Shown here: positions 63,926 to 64,000 of the stretch, one piece after another
How the letters are laid out: each line of letters starts with the position of its first letter
Numbering within the stretch: the first letter of the stretch is position 1
NCBI GenBank assembly: GCA_040902005.1
Contig: JBBDYA010000099.1
Coordinates: 1-64,000, forward strand
Reading direction: 5' to 3'
Length of the DNA: 64,000 bases
Origin: Gemmatimonadaceae bacterium
Lineage (GTDB): Bacteria > Gemmatimonadota > Gemmatimonadetes > Gemmatimonadales > Gemmatimonadaceae
The notes under the pieces: model-generated
Told to the model about the DNA's origin: nothing
Databases searched by the model: none
Seen by the model: the letters and a program-made list of their open reading frames with translations, nothing else
Program-made: the position numbers and the translations under genes

Positions 63926-64000
63926 GGGCTGCGGTCCTGGTCGGTGGACTGCTCCACCGATCAAGACCGATGCCACCCCGTGGTTCGCTAGGGGTCTTTC

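Noticed and set aside
1..64000. tRNA, rRNA, prophage, IS transposase, or selenocysteine/pyrrolysine read-through
   Set aside because: I recognised no cloverleaf, rRNA-like tract, phage gene or transposase, and no domain interrupted by an in-frame stop. This was by inspection only.

Overview
A 64-kb, very GC-rich, densely coding bacterial chromosomal window. By inspection I found no rRNA, tRNA, CRISPR array, prophage or transposase. The gene repertoire points, by inference, to a Gemmatimonadota-like organism: orphan ADOP/MacB-type duplicated permeases with PadR, an ECF sigma/Ser-Thr kinase pair, CarboxypepD_reg-plug proteins, DUF5916, and LVIVD and YncE propellers. There are about 55 mostly accessory, envelope-related CDSs. 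Many true starts lie downstream of the ORF-track starts, and most long antisense ORFs are GC shadow frames. The main signals are: (1) an intergenic REP/REPIN-like element family, GTTCTCGG-hairpin ... hairpin-CCGAGAAC-CTAC, at four loci, with GNA triloops and strand-consistent G.T wobbles; two near-identical copies bracket a CDP-alcohol phosphatidyltransferase gene and one copy forms a protein C-terminus; (2) a recurring set of exported His/Met-rich DUF305 proteins and His-lined beta-propellers, one carrying a heme c motif, which may be an uncharacterised periplasmic metal (possibly copper) enzyme system; (3) a co-oriented run of a DUF5916 barrel, a plug-only protein, TIGR03546 and TIGR03545; (4) an ECF43-type sigma with an apparently chimeric kinase; (5) a frameshifted STAND-TPR-LuxR regulator; (6) repeated TANNNT-N6/8-start spacing that suggests leaderless mRNAs. 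All family assignments are motif recognition by eye; no database search was run.
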